Assembly (NCBI GenBank): GCA_964344965.1 | Contig: CAYFPJ010000003.1 | Location: 22,280 to 86,279 of the forward strand | DNA: 64,000 nucleotides | From: an uncultured Gammaproteobacteria bacterium | GTDB taxonomy: Bacteria; Patescibacteriota; Patescibacteriia; Magasanikbacterales; UBA922 | Direction of reading: 5' to 3' | In this document: positions 53,584-62,527 of the stretch, one piece after another | Position numbering within the stretch: the first letter of the stretch is position 1 | Layout: every line of letters starts with the position of its first letter | Made by a program: the position numbers and the translations under genes | Notes under the pieces: model-generated | What the model was told of the DNA's origin: nothing | The model's input: the letters and a program-made list of their open reading frames with translations, nothing else | Database searches by the model: none

Positions 53584-56500
53584 GCTGCTTATATTTTTAG
53601 TACTACCGACAGCAGTCGTTGCTTCAATAATATTCAAACTCCCTTTCCAAGAAGGTGAGTATAGGGTTTTAACCAGGGGTTATGGTGTGCAGACTCATGT
53701 CGGCAAAGATGTGTATGCATTAGATTTTGCACTTGATGGCTGTGATTCTTGGAATAGGCCAGTAGTGGCGTTCATGGGTGGTACTGTAAGTAAGGTAGAC
53801 ACTGGCCATAAGCATGGGGAGAAAAATAGTTACGGAAACCAGGTGTTAATAGAGCATGAAGATAATTTGGTAAGTAGGTATGCTCACTTAAATGAGGTGT
53901 TGGTTGATGTTGGTAATGAAATTAAGCAAGGAGAGATTTTAGGAAGAGAAGGTAATACAGGGAGTGTTTGGGGCTCTGCATGTAAAGAACACCCCGGAAC
54001 ACATCTTCATTTTGTTGTATACAAGAGGGATGATTTTGGTAACCTCGCTCCTTACAAACCAGAGCCCATGTCTGGTTATCAAAATTTTACACCCGGAAAA
54101 TGGTACCAATCTGACAATAAAATTCAGGAAGAAAATAAAGAAGAGCCAACAGAACCTCCACAAACAAAACCACAAAAAAATCCTTCCTTTTTTGAAAAAA
54201 TAAAAGATTTTTTTAAAGATATTTTTTATGGAGATGATAATGAGGTAGAGACAGAAGTAGAAGAAGAAATAGTTTCAGAGGAAAATGATTTGGGTGATAG
54301 CTTGGAAAAAACTTATAATGTTTCCATCTTAAACACCCCTGCCTCTGCAGAAGTGGACAAAGATACTGCAGAATATCAGGTAGTGGTAAAAATAAAAAAT
54401 ACCAGTGATATTACAATAAAAAAAGAAGAATTCTCGGTCAACATTGTAGGTGAGCCATATCAATACACAGATTATTATCACCCCTCTTGGCTGACAAAGA
54501 GAAGGCCTGCACATCTCGACCAGAGCGAGATTGAACCTGGACAAAATGGTACTTTTTCATTTCTCATTTCGGTCCCCCCGGAACCTGGAAAACACAATTT
54601 TCAATTACAAATTGTCCGTCAAGAAGGCAGTCAGTTTTTTCAAGTTGGCGGTCAGTTTTTTGACCTAAACATACAGAAACAAGAAGAACAAAAAATAGAG
54701 GAAGAAAACGTGGAAGAAGTACTTGGTGAGAAAATATATCAAGAGGAAAGTGAAGGAGTGGTGGAGAAGGCCAAAGAAATAATTGAAGACGTCAGTGACA
54801 CAGTAGAAGAAATAATAGAAGATTTTGTCGAAGTATTGCCCCCATTTTTTTATGGAGGCGGGTCTTCTCAAACAGAGGGGAGTGAAAATGTGGAAGAGCA
54901 AGAGGAGGATGCTGTCGAAGACGATAATCCAGAAGATAGCATCCCTCATATCACAATCACCAATCCGGCTGGCTTGGAAGTGTTTACCAATAATCAGATC
55001 TTAACCATCGAAGGAACTAGGAGCGCTGAAGATGTGGATATTTATATCAATGGAGTGCCAAATTCAGTATCATTTTCTTCTGGCACAAACTGGTCTACAG
55101 AGATGAATTTGGAAGAAGGAGAAAATATTTTTGAAATTTGGGGAGAAGATAGTGATGAGAATAAGACTGCCGTTTTTTCTTTTTTGGTTGTTTTAGATAC
55201 TACATCTCCGACAGTTCCCACTATAGACATCATACAGACTAACTTTGTCACTCCCACACTTCAAGTGAGCTGGTCTAGCACAGATGATGGAGTCGGGGTG
55301 AGTAGCTACGATGTGGAGTATAAAATTGGCAATGAAGATTGGAGTAGTTTATTTTTACACACCACCACAACAGAGAGTGAAATACAAGTCGAACAACAGC
55401 AAGAATATTTTTTTAGAGCTAGAGCTAGAGATGTATTGGAGAATATTTCTGAATGGAGTGGTGACGAAGACAGTGTTTTCTTTGCTGACTGGACAAAAGA
55501 TGTAGTCATCAACGAGGTGGCTTGGATGGGTACCTCTGCTGTAAAAAATCTATCCAACGACTGTACAAAAAATGAGTGGTTGGAATTGTACAACGGTACT
55601 GCAGAGAATATCAATTTGGATTCTTGGGCACTGGGTATACTCTCTCCAAATGGAGATGTCCAAACCATTGAATTATCTGGAAGCATCTTGCCAGAAGATT
55701 ATTATTTGATCGTGAGGAAGCTCGGTAAGAGGCAAGCTCTGAAAAATATTGAAATTGGTCAAATTTTTGAATCAATTGACATTCCTAACAATGGTGGAAG
55801 TCTGGTACTGAAAGATGAATCTGGAAATATCATAGATGAAGTCGACTTTTCCACTGGATGGCCTGGAGGGTCTGTCAGCTCTGGGCCAAATAATAATTTT
55901 TATCAACCAATGTCGCGGGTCTCTCCCAATGCGCCTGGAAGTTTGTCGTCAAATTGGGGTACCAGCTCTCACTTATCAATGTTTGGTTCGACTGATAACT
56001 GTGGAGAGCTATTTGGTAGTCCTGGTAAAAAAAATAATCAACTTTGGCTACTAAAAAATTTACCATTTTATTATGCTGACTTTTTTGAAAATGGAGAAAT
56101 GGTTCTTGAGGAAAAACATAGTCCTTATGTCTTAGACTATGGTACAGAAGTGCCGGTCGGGAAAATGATGAAAATAAATCCCGGAGTGACAGTGGTAGGT
56201 GCAGGTCCGGATGCTTATTTGCGAGTCACTGGTGATCTGTCTGTAAATGGTACAAGTGAGAAGCCGGTAGTTTTTACTTCAGCTCGAGATTTAGATTATG
56301 GAGATTGGAATTTGCCAAATTTTGACCAAGAAGATCCTCGGCCTGGAGATTGGTCACGAATCGAGGTCGAAGAAGGTGGTAGTATCCATATTGACCATGC
56401 AGAATTTTTGTATGGAGGATATCCTTTCAAAAAAGGGAATGATTGGGTCTATGGACTCAAAGAGCTTTCTCAAGTGATTAGAGTGTCTTCGGCAAATGCA

Positions 56501-57439
56501 GATATTAGTAATTCTAAATTTTTGTACAATTATGAATATGATCTCGAACCATACTATAATTCTGTTGTATGGGTCGATACACAAAAAGGTGAGCCTTCTA
56601 TAATAGATTTTGACAACAATATCTTTGACTCAGGATATGTGGCGATAAACTTGTGGGGTCAAAACAATGGTTTGGAAATAAATTCTACAATTACAAATAA
56701 TATTATTCAAAATTTTTCTAGTCCAGAAGGCCCCCTTAAATTCATTCATAATTCGCCAACATTAATAGATAATACATTTTTAAATAACATTTTTGATGGT
56801 ATTTCTGGAGGACATATTTTGGTGAGTGATGCGCAGACAATGGACCCAAGTTTTTCACATATTTATGATGAAATAGAGATATTAGACTCTGGCAGCTTGA
56901 TCATTCCGGCTGGTACTGAACTGTATATTCGTGTTGGAGGAGGTATAATAAATAGTGGTTTTTTAAATTTTAGCGGCACCAATATTGCTCCTATCAACAT
57001 ATCTGGCTATGGTGGAAGTTGGGGTAACATGACTACTGATGGAGGTGTGCTTTCGGCAAATTATTTGAATATGAAAGGAGGAAGTGGAGCTGAGGGGATG
57101 CTTATTTTGGAAAATCAATCTGTAGCCAACATTGAGAATAGTCAGCTTATGGATTCAAGTAGGCCGGGGATTATCTTGCAAAGCACAGGGAGTGAGATTA
57201 ATTTGAAAAATACAACAGTGGGCTGGAGTACACCTCTGGCAGCAGATGCACCAGATAGTTGGACAACGACTGGGATAGAAATGTTTGGTGGAAGTTTGAG
57301 TTTGGACAATGTCACTCTACAAGAGATGACAAATGGGATAATTGGCTATGATGGGGCTATCGCTACTATGATCAATATGTCCAGCAGCAGTTTTATAAAT
57401 ATTAGTGAATTGGATTGGTGGCCTGATGACCTGCTGTAG
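53543..57439 (+). CDS. large secreted multidomain protein: N-terminal M23 (LytM-like) metallopeptidase, an Ig/Fn3-like region, a lamin-tail domain, and C-terminal right-handed beta-helix repeats
   Basis: M23 motifs HVGKDVYALDF...GNQVLIEHEDNLVSRYAHL...GTHLHFVV. LTD motif VVINEVAWMG...NEWLELYNGTAENINLDSW. NNIIQNF-type beta-helix repeats. Confidence 0.65.
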   Translation: MKLSKKLLKARVAKLLIFLVLPTAVVASIIFKLPFQEGEYRVLTRGYGVQTHVGKDVYALDFALDGCDSWNRPVVAFMGGTVSKVDTGHKHGEKNSYGNQVLIEHEDNLVSRYAHLNEVLVDVGNEIKQGEILGREGNTGSVWGSACKEHPGTHLHFVVYKRDDFGNLAPYKPEPMSGYQNFTPGKWYQSDNKIQEENKEEPTEPPQTKPQKNPSFFEKIKDFFKDIFYGDDNEVETEVEEEIVSEENDLGDSLEKTYNVSILNTPASAEVDKDTAEYQVVVKIKNTSDITIKKEEFSVNIVGEPYQYTDYYHPSWLTKRRPAHLDQSEIEPGQNGTFSFLISVPPEPGKHNFQLQIVRQEGSQFFQVGGQFFDLNIQKQEEQKIEEENVEEVLGEKIYQEESEGVVEKAKEIIEDVSDTVEEIIEDFVEVLPPFFYGGGSSQTEGSENVEEQEEDAVEDDNPEDSIPHITITNPAGLEVFTNNQILTIEGTRSAEDVDIYINGVPNSVSFSSGTNWSTEMNLEEGENIFEIWGEDSDENKTAVFSFLVVLDTTSPTVPTIDIIQTNFVTPTLQVSWSSTDDGVGVSSYDVEYKIGNEDWSSLFLHTTTTESEIQVEQQQEYFFRARARDVLENISEWSGDEDSVFFADWTKDVVINEVAWMGTSAVKNLSNDCTKNEWLELYNGTAENINLDSWALGILSPNGDVQTIELSGSILPEDYYLIVRKLGKRQALKNIEIGQIFESIDIPNNGGSLVLKDESGNIIDEVDFSTGWPGGSVSSGPNNNFYQPMSRVSPNAPGSLSSNWGTSSHLSMFGSTDNCGELFGSPGKKNNQLWLLKNLPFYYADFFENGEMVLEEKHSPYVLDYGTEVPVGKMMKINPGVTVVGAGPDAYLRVTGDLSVNGTSEKPVVFTSARDLDYGDWNLPNFDQEDPRPGDWSRIEVEEGGSIHIDHAEFLYGGYPFKKGNDWVYGLKELSQVIRVSSANADISNSKFLYNYEYDLEPYYNSVVWVDTQKGEPSIIDFDNNIFDSGYVAINLWGQNNGLEINSTITNNIIQNFSSPEGPLKFIHNSPTLIDNTFLNNIFDGISGGHILVSDAQTMDPSFSHIYDEIEILDSGSLIIPAGTELYIRVGGGIINSGFLNFSGTNIAPINISGYGGSWGNMTTDGGVLSANYLNMKGGSGAEGMLILENQSVANIENSQLMDSSRPGIILQSTGSEINLKNTTVGWSTPLAADAPDSWTTTGIEMFGGSLSLDNVTLQEMTNGIIGYDGAIATMINMSSSSFINISELDWWPDDLL

Positions 57440-57578
57440 TCACCAAAATGACTAAAAAATACGTCTAAAAGCGTATTTTTTGTGCACAATTTTTATTGTT
57501 AAGTAAGTAAAAAAAGGGTATAATTAAACAAAGTAAGAACTCATATCAAGTTTTTCAAACCCACCAAAATATTAACTT

Positions 57579-57704
57579 ACGAGTAGTGTGAATTAAAATT
57601 GATATTTTCCTTATTTTAGCAAAATATGAATTTTCCGCATATCTATTTTCTAAAAATATTTAGCTAAATTAAGCCAAACGAGTCTAATTCACACTACTCG
57701 TTAA
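57579..57704. mobile_element. 126-bp element with 17-bp terminal inverted repeats (ACGAGTAGTGTGAATTA ... TAATTCACACTACTCGT), copy 1
   Basis: 100% identical to 62363-62488 in direct orientation. Perfect TIRs and no coding capacity. Confidence 0.65.
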
Positions 57705-57721
57705 TTAGTGATTAGAAAAAT

Positions 57722-57757
57722 AAAAACATCCTAATAGATATTGGGATGTTTTTTTAG
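57722..57757 (+). terminator. terminator ACATCC-taatagatatt-GGGATGT plus T-run
   Basis: Seen directly. Confidence 0.5.
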
Positions 57758-57769
57758 AACTTACATCAT

Positions 57770-57876
57770 TCAGTCGGAAATATATATCTTTGACTTGGCG
57801 CCAACTCAGGATCGCAAGCAGCGGCGCTCAAGTCAAAGATATATATTTTTTCCTAAAGCTCAAACGTATAAGTCCT
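57770..57876. repeat. 107-bp hairpin element D, copy A (left flank of the GC island)
   Basis: ~75-80% identical to 58769-58876. The internal hairpin is kept by compensatory changes (gacttg/caagtc against gtcttg/caagac). Confidence 0.65.
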
Positions 57877-57986
57877 ATTTTTTTTGAGAAAGGAATCTTT
57901 CCAGAATTGGAAGAGCGGACCTGTGGGAGGGTCCGCTCGTTGTTCGCCGCCGCCCGCCTCCGGAGAGGCAGGCGACGACAGGCAAT

Positions 57987-58715
57987 TCAATCGACGAAGG
58001 GGGTGCGGTGGCACCACTCCTTCGTCGAAAGCTGGACGTCGCCGTCCTTCCCCGTCACCTGACGGGTCTGGACGAGACACCCGTCCTCGCCGAGGAAGGT
58101 CTCGTAGACCTCCTCGGCGAGGACCGTTTCAAATTCGTCGAGGTAGGTGAGGATTACCCTCACCGGGAGCTCGGCCTGGAGGCCGAACTCGCCCTGGAGG
58201 AGCGCCTCGCTCCCCCAGACCTCGACGAGCCACTGCTCGTCGTGTGGGGTGGCGTGGAACTCTACCACGCCGTCCCACAGCCCCACAGCGTTGGCGAAGG
58301 GGCCCTCCACCTCGACCGTGGGGTCGTCGTCGACCCCGACATTTGGAGACTCGGGCAGTGCCCGAGTCTCCGCTGCCAGGGGGGGGTGGCCAGTGACCGC
58401 CCCCTCGTTGGTTGCCCCCGCCACCTTGGCGGGGGCTTCTGTCGCGACCGGCCCCTCGATTGGGGCCGAGTCACACCCCCCCGCCCAAAGGGCGAGGAGG
58501 ACCGCCGCCAGAATGGCGGCGGGGCGGCGCTCAATCCACCGGCCGGTGGAGAGCGCCGAGGCACGGGTGTGTCGCACCCGTCCTCCTTCCCCTTGCGGGG
58601 GGTGTGTGGAGCTCCCGCCATCATCCCCCGTGGATGATGGCAGTTGCTCCGGTAATGAGAAGCGCTTTTTTTGCAAAGATATTCTCAATACCGGAGCAGG
58701 AGAGTCTCCATTCAT
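57987..58715 (-). CDS. secreted/lipoprotein-like acidic protein in a ~65% GC island (signal ...AAILAAVLLALWAGGC)
   Basis: Signal peptide plus Cys. GC hairpin just downstream. All six frames are open in this island, so the frame is chosen by protein-likeness. Confidence 0.35.
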   Translation of the reverse strand: MNGDSPAPVLRISLQKKRFSLPEQLPSSTGDDGGSSTHPPQGEGGRVRHTRASALSTGRWIERRPAAILAAVLLALWAGGCDSAPIEGPVATEAPAKVAGATNEGAVTGHPPLAAETRALPESPNVGVDDDPTVEVEGPFANAVGLWDGVVEFHATPHDEQWLVEVWGSEALLQGEFGLQAELPVRVILTYLDEFETVLAEEVYETFLGEDGCLVQTRQVTGKDGDVQLSTKEWCHRTPFVD

Positions 58716-58768
58716 TTATTCTAGTGAATTTTTGTATCCACAAAGAAAAATCTTAGGACTTACGCCTT

Positions 58769-58876
58769 TCAGTCGGAGATATATCCCTTTGTCTTGGCGC
58801 TAACTGAAAGTCGCAAGCACTAGCGCTCAAGACAAAGGGATGTATTTCCTCCTTATAGCTCAAAGGCGTAAGTCCT
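58769..58876. repeat. 107-bp hairpin element D, copy B (right flank of the GC island)
   Basis: Direct comparison with copy A. Confidence 0.65.
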
Positions 58877-59297
58877 GAATCTTTAGAAGATGTCTGTACG
58901 TATCAAAGATTCATTTTTGTAGATACAAATCTACCAATGATATTAGTTACTTTCATTGATTTAACAAAAGTATTTTTTCGCTGTGAAATTCTCCGCCAAC
59001 TGGCGGATCAGACAATCTTCGCTTCAAAAATACTTTTGTTAAATCAATTGGGGAAAATAATTGCCTTGAATTACGAAAACCTGCCTTGAGAGCGAATAAA
59101 TAAAAGTTATATTCCTCCCCCGCCTTCGGCGGGGGAGGAATATTTCTCTTTTTTCTTCGCAGCAAGTTTAGCTTCGTAATCCAAAGTAATTAATATCATT
59201 GGTAAATCCACCAAGAGTTATCAAGGCCCAATTATCCATTATCTAGTATCTCTCAAAAAATATAGTTTTGTCAAGATATGACTAGATAATTGCCCTA

Positions 59298-62177
59298 TTA
59301 TAAACGAGATGTTTCATGATAGCGGACAGATTTGTCCACTCTTAAAATTTTTTCATTTCTACTATTTTCTAACACATCTCCGATATATGATGGAGTAGAA
59401 AATACATCACTATAGAAGTCAAAAAAATCTGGTTCAATAATCAATCTTAGATCATCGAAAATCACTGCTCCACTGTCTTGGGCAGACAAGTCTTCATCAG
59501 TCATCATCATTACTTTTATAGAAGCTGTATTGTCTGGGATTTTTTTGTTTTTGGCAAACAGTTGGACTTTTTCGGGATTGCTCCCTGGCACATAAAAGAT
59601 TTTGTACATTTCATTTATTACTACGCCGGCATCATCCAAAAATTGGATTTTCAATACAGGATCGAGATTGCTCGGCCCACTTTTCACTTTGGCTTCTAGA
59701 TTGGCCGACAGCCAGCCAAAATTCACCTCTGGAATATCAAGACAATCCAGAGAAACCTCTTGACTTAGACTACCCCCTTTATATATCTGGAAGTGGGGAT
59801 TTCCGCCAAAGTCAAATAAGCCAACTTTTTTTAGATCATTGGCCTGCCATGATGACAAGTCATTGTCTTTTGCTCCCGGATTCAAGAGATTGGACGACGA
59901 AGGATAAGTGACTGAAGCCCTGACAGAATTATAGTTGACAGGATCAATTGTAACGGCACTTTCAGTGCCAACCAAAGTCTCTGCAGGATCAAATGTCCCT
60001 TTGGCATACCATTGTATTGCCATGTCTGTCTCTTCTATCTCTGCATCAAGTTCAATTGGGATCTTGGCGAGATAATTCCCAGACCATGGAAGAGGATCAA
60101 GAGTAATGGTGTTAAGTTTTAATTTGTTTCTACATGTTGCATCAAAGGTCATCGTTCGGAGACCTTTGGTTTCTTCATTGAAATATTTTGCCAAATTTAA
60201 TTCTGCTTGGATTGGTCTACTTTTCAAAAAGTATTCGATGTCATCAATTTTTTGTTGCCAAGTTTTTTTCCAATCACTAGCACTTTTATCAGACTCTTCA
60301 AAGGGAATAATCCATTTTTCAGCTTGTTTCTCTATCTCTGGATCTATTTTTTGAGCTAGTTCTTCTAGGAGGGGAATCGTATTTTTTGATTTGAAATGAG
60401 TATTCAAAAGATCAAGATAACGATTGATGAATTGATGACGAAATGTTTCATTATCCATCATCTTATCTAGGACAAAACCAAATAGAGATGGGGCTGGGCC
60501 TTGCCAGTCCACACCACTAAGCACTTCATCAATTTTATTTTGATTAATGGCATTATTGACTCCCACCTGTGCACCAAAAGTAGAGTCTCCATCTTTCAGT
60601 ACCCAGTGCCAAACATCATGAGAGCTTTCTGTTGATTGCCAAAATTTTATATTGTTGCCAGGCCAATCATTGTTGGATACAAATATGTTCAAGATTGCAT
60701 AGTCTATAATATTTTCTACATCAACATTATTTTTAATAAAAGAATAAGCAGATCCAGAATCCATGTCATATTCATTGAGAGCATAAAAAAATTCTTCAAA
60801 ATTTTCATTATGAAATACTCCAATCTCTTCATCTTCTCCAAACTCGACGCTATCTTTGTCAACATTATGATTTGACTCCACATAGTATTGATCTATTCTC
60901 TCTCGGAGATTGTAAATACCATAGTATTCTCCATTTACAAATAGAGAAACAGGTATATATTCTTGATTATCTACATTCAACCCTCTACCAAGCACATTTA
61001 AGAGAGGATCATTGAGGTGACTAGCTATTGCAGGAGACGCAAAACTACTTTGACTACCACTGCGAAGGACTAGTCTTTTGAAAGTATCAATATTTTTTTC
61101 TGGAAAAAATTGGTATTCAAAATTATCAGTCCCATATTTTTCTCTTGCATAAAGGCGAAATGAACCTGGTGGCACATCTGAAAATTTTGCAATACCATTT
61201 CTTTTCATTCCGACATTTGCCCGCAATATTGGCTCTCCAGTGGGTGAAAAATACTCAAAATAACCCTGATGTTCATATACATTTTGGTTGGTAGTGTCCA
61301 AGACTCCTTTTGCGCCAAACAAATCATGATCTGTGGATATAATAGATACAATAGGAAGGGTAGATTGTTCATTGAAAAAAAATGTCCGATTTACGACTTG
61401 ACTGGCTCCGCCATTTTCGTCAAATGCTTTGGCACGTATGACCATGGTATCGGTGCCATTGATAGGCTGGGTGTAAAATATGCCGGATTTATCTGGAATA
61501 GAGCCATCAAGTGTATAGCGAATTTCCAAATCCAAATTTATCTCGTTATTTTCTGATATCGCTAGCAGCCCCACCCAAAAAGGATTGTATTGGATGCTGC
61601 TTGTATCTGAAAACAAAGGAGAAAGCAAGATTTGACTTTCAGCGTTTTCTTCTGCCGGTGTGGGAATGGCAAATGTCGACCAGGTATTGCCTCCGGCAAG
61701 TCTGCCGTATGAGATGTCTACAGGCAACTGATCAAAGTATACTTCATCGATGAGAGTGATTCCTGCTGGGTTATAAATACCGACATATTCACCATCTGCA
61801 TCTAATTTGAATTTTAGTTCATTAGGGTATGGGGGACTATCTCCATTGGCCCACAAGATGCGATATTCATGAGGCCCTATGTCCGGAGTATCGGATGGAA
61901 TCATGGTCTTGTCTGGATTTTCTGGATCGTCTGTAATCAGGAGATTGGCGATGGTGATCGGCTTGTCTGTAGGGTTGTACAACTCTATCCAATCTGAATA
62001 ACCTGTGACAGGGTGCTCTAAGGTATTGCCATTGGCAGACATTAGTTCATTTATTACCAAATCTTGCAATTCTCCTTTCACTTGTAACGGAAAAAACACC
62101 AATCCGATGAAGAATATCAACATGCTTATTTTTTTACCTATGTATAGGCAATATTTTGTCTTTTTGTTTAGATGCAT
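59298..62177 (-). CDS. secreted lamin-tail-domain plus CotH-family protein (959 aa)
   Basis: Signal-anchor. LTD block LVINELMSANGN...SDWIELYNPTDKPITIANL. The central region resembles the CotH kinase-like family. Recalled from memory. Confidence 0.6.
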   Translation of the reverse strand: MHLNKKTKYCLYIGKKISMLIFFIGLVFFPLQVKGELQDLVINELMSANGNTLEHPVTGYSDWIELYNPTDKPITIANLLITDDPENPDKTMIPSDTPDIGPHEYRILWANGDSPPYPNELKFKLDADGEYVGIYNPAGITLIDEVYFDQLPVDISYGRLAGGNTWSTFAIPTPAEENAESQILLSPLFSDTSSIQYNPFWVGLLAISENNEINLDLEIRYTLDGSIPDKSGIFYTQPINGTDTMVIRAKAFDENGGASQVVNRTFFFNEQSTLPIVSIISTDHDLFGAKGVLDTTNQNVYEHQGYFEYFSPTGEPILRANVGMKRNGIAKFSDVPPGSFRLYAREKYGTDNFEYQFFPEKNIDTFKRLVLRSGSQSSFASPAIASHLNDPLLNVLGRGLNVDNQEYIPVSLFVNGEYYGIYNLRERIDQYYVESNHNVDKDSVEFGEDEEIGVFHNENFEEFFYALNEYDMDSGSAYSFIKNNVDVENIIDYAILNIFVSNNDWPGNNIKFWQSTESSHDVWHWVLKDGDSTFGAQVGVNNAINQNKIDEVLSGVDWQGPAPSLFGFVLDKMMDNETFRHQFINRYLDLLNTHFKSKNTIPLLEELAQKIDPEIEKQAEKWIIPFEESDKSASDWKKTWQQKIDDIEYFLKSRPIQAELNLAKYFNEETKGLRTMTFDATCRNKLKLNTITLDPLPWSGNYLAKIPIELDAEIEETDMAIQWYAKGTFDPAETLVGTESAVTIDPVNYNSVRASVTYPSSSNLLNPGAKDNDLSSWQANDLKKVGLFDFGGNPHFQIYKGGSLSQEVSLDCLDIPEVNFGWLSANLEAKVKSGPSNLDPVLKIQFLDDAGVVINEMYKIFYVPGSNPEKVQLFAKNKKIPDNTASIKVMMMTDEDLSAQDSGAVIFDDLRLIIEPDFFDFYSDVFSTPSYIGDVLENSRNEKILRVDKSVRYHETSRL

Positions 62178-62362
62178 AAATTTGTCTGTTTTATTTCTAT
62201 ATGATAAAATATACTACATATTGAGTGATAAATAAACAACTCATTATACATATGAAATTGGGTTTTGTCAAGATGCTCGAAAAAATAAAGGAGGAGCAGT
62301 CTTTTTTGGTATTGTATAAAAAATTACCATCCTCCTCTTAATTTTTAGGAGATAGAATATTT

Positions 62363-62488
62363 AACGAGTAGTGTGAATTAAAATTGATATTTTCCTTATT
62401 TTAGCAAAATATGAATTTTCCGCATATCTATTTTCTAAAAATATTTAGCTAAATTAAGCCAAACGAGTCTAATTCACACTACTCGTTA
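62363..62488. mobile_element. 126-bp element with terminal inverted repeats, copy 2 (identical to 57579-57704)
   Basis: Identity seen directly. Confidence 0.65.
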
Positions 62489-62527
62489 TTTAACAAAAAG
62501 CTATATCCATCAGAACATTTGGTTAAT

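Noticed and set aside
57770-58876. Integron attC sites flanking the GC-rich cassette
   Set aside because: The flanks are hairpin elements with compensatory changes, which is attC-like behaviour. I could not find the R''/R' core sites (GTTRRRY) or an intI/attI nearby. It is kept as a structural analogy only, not a call.
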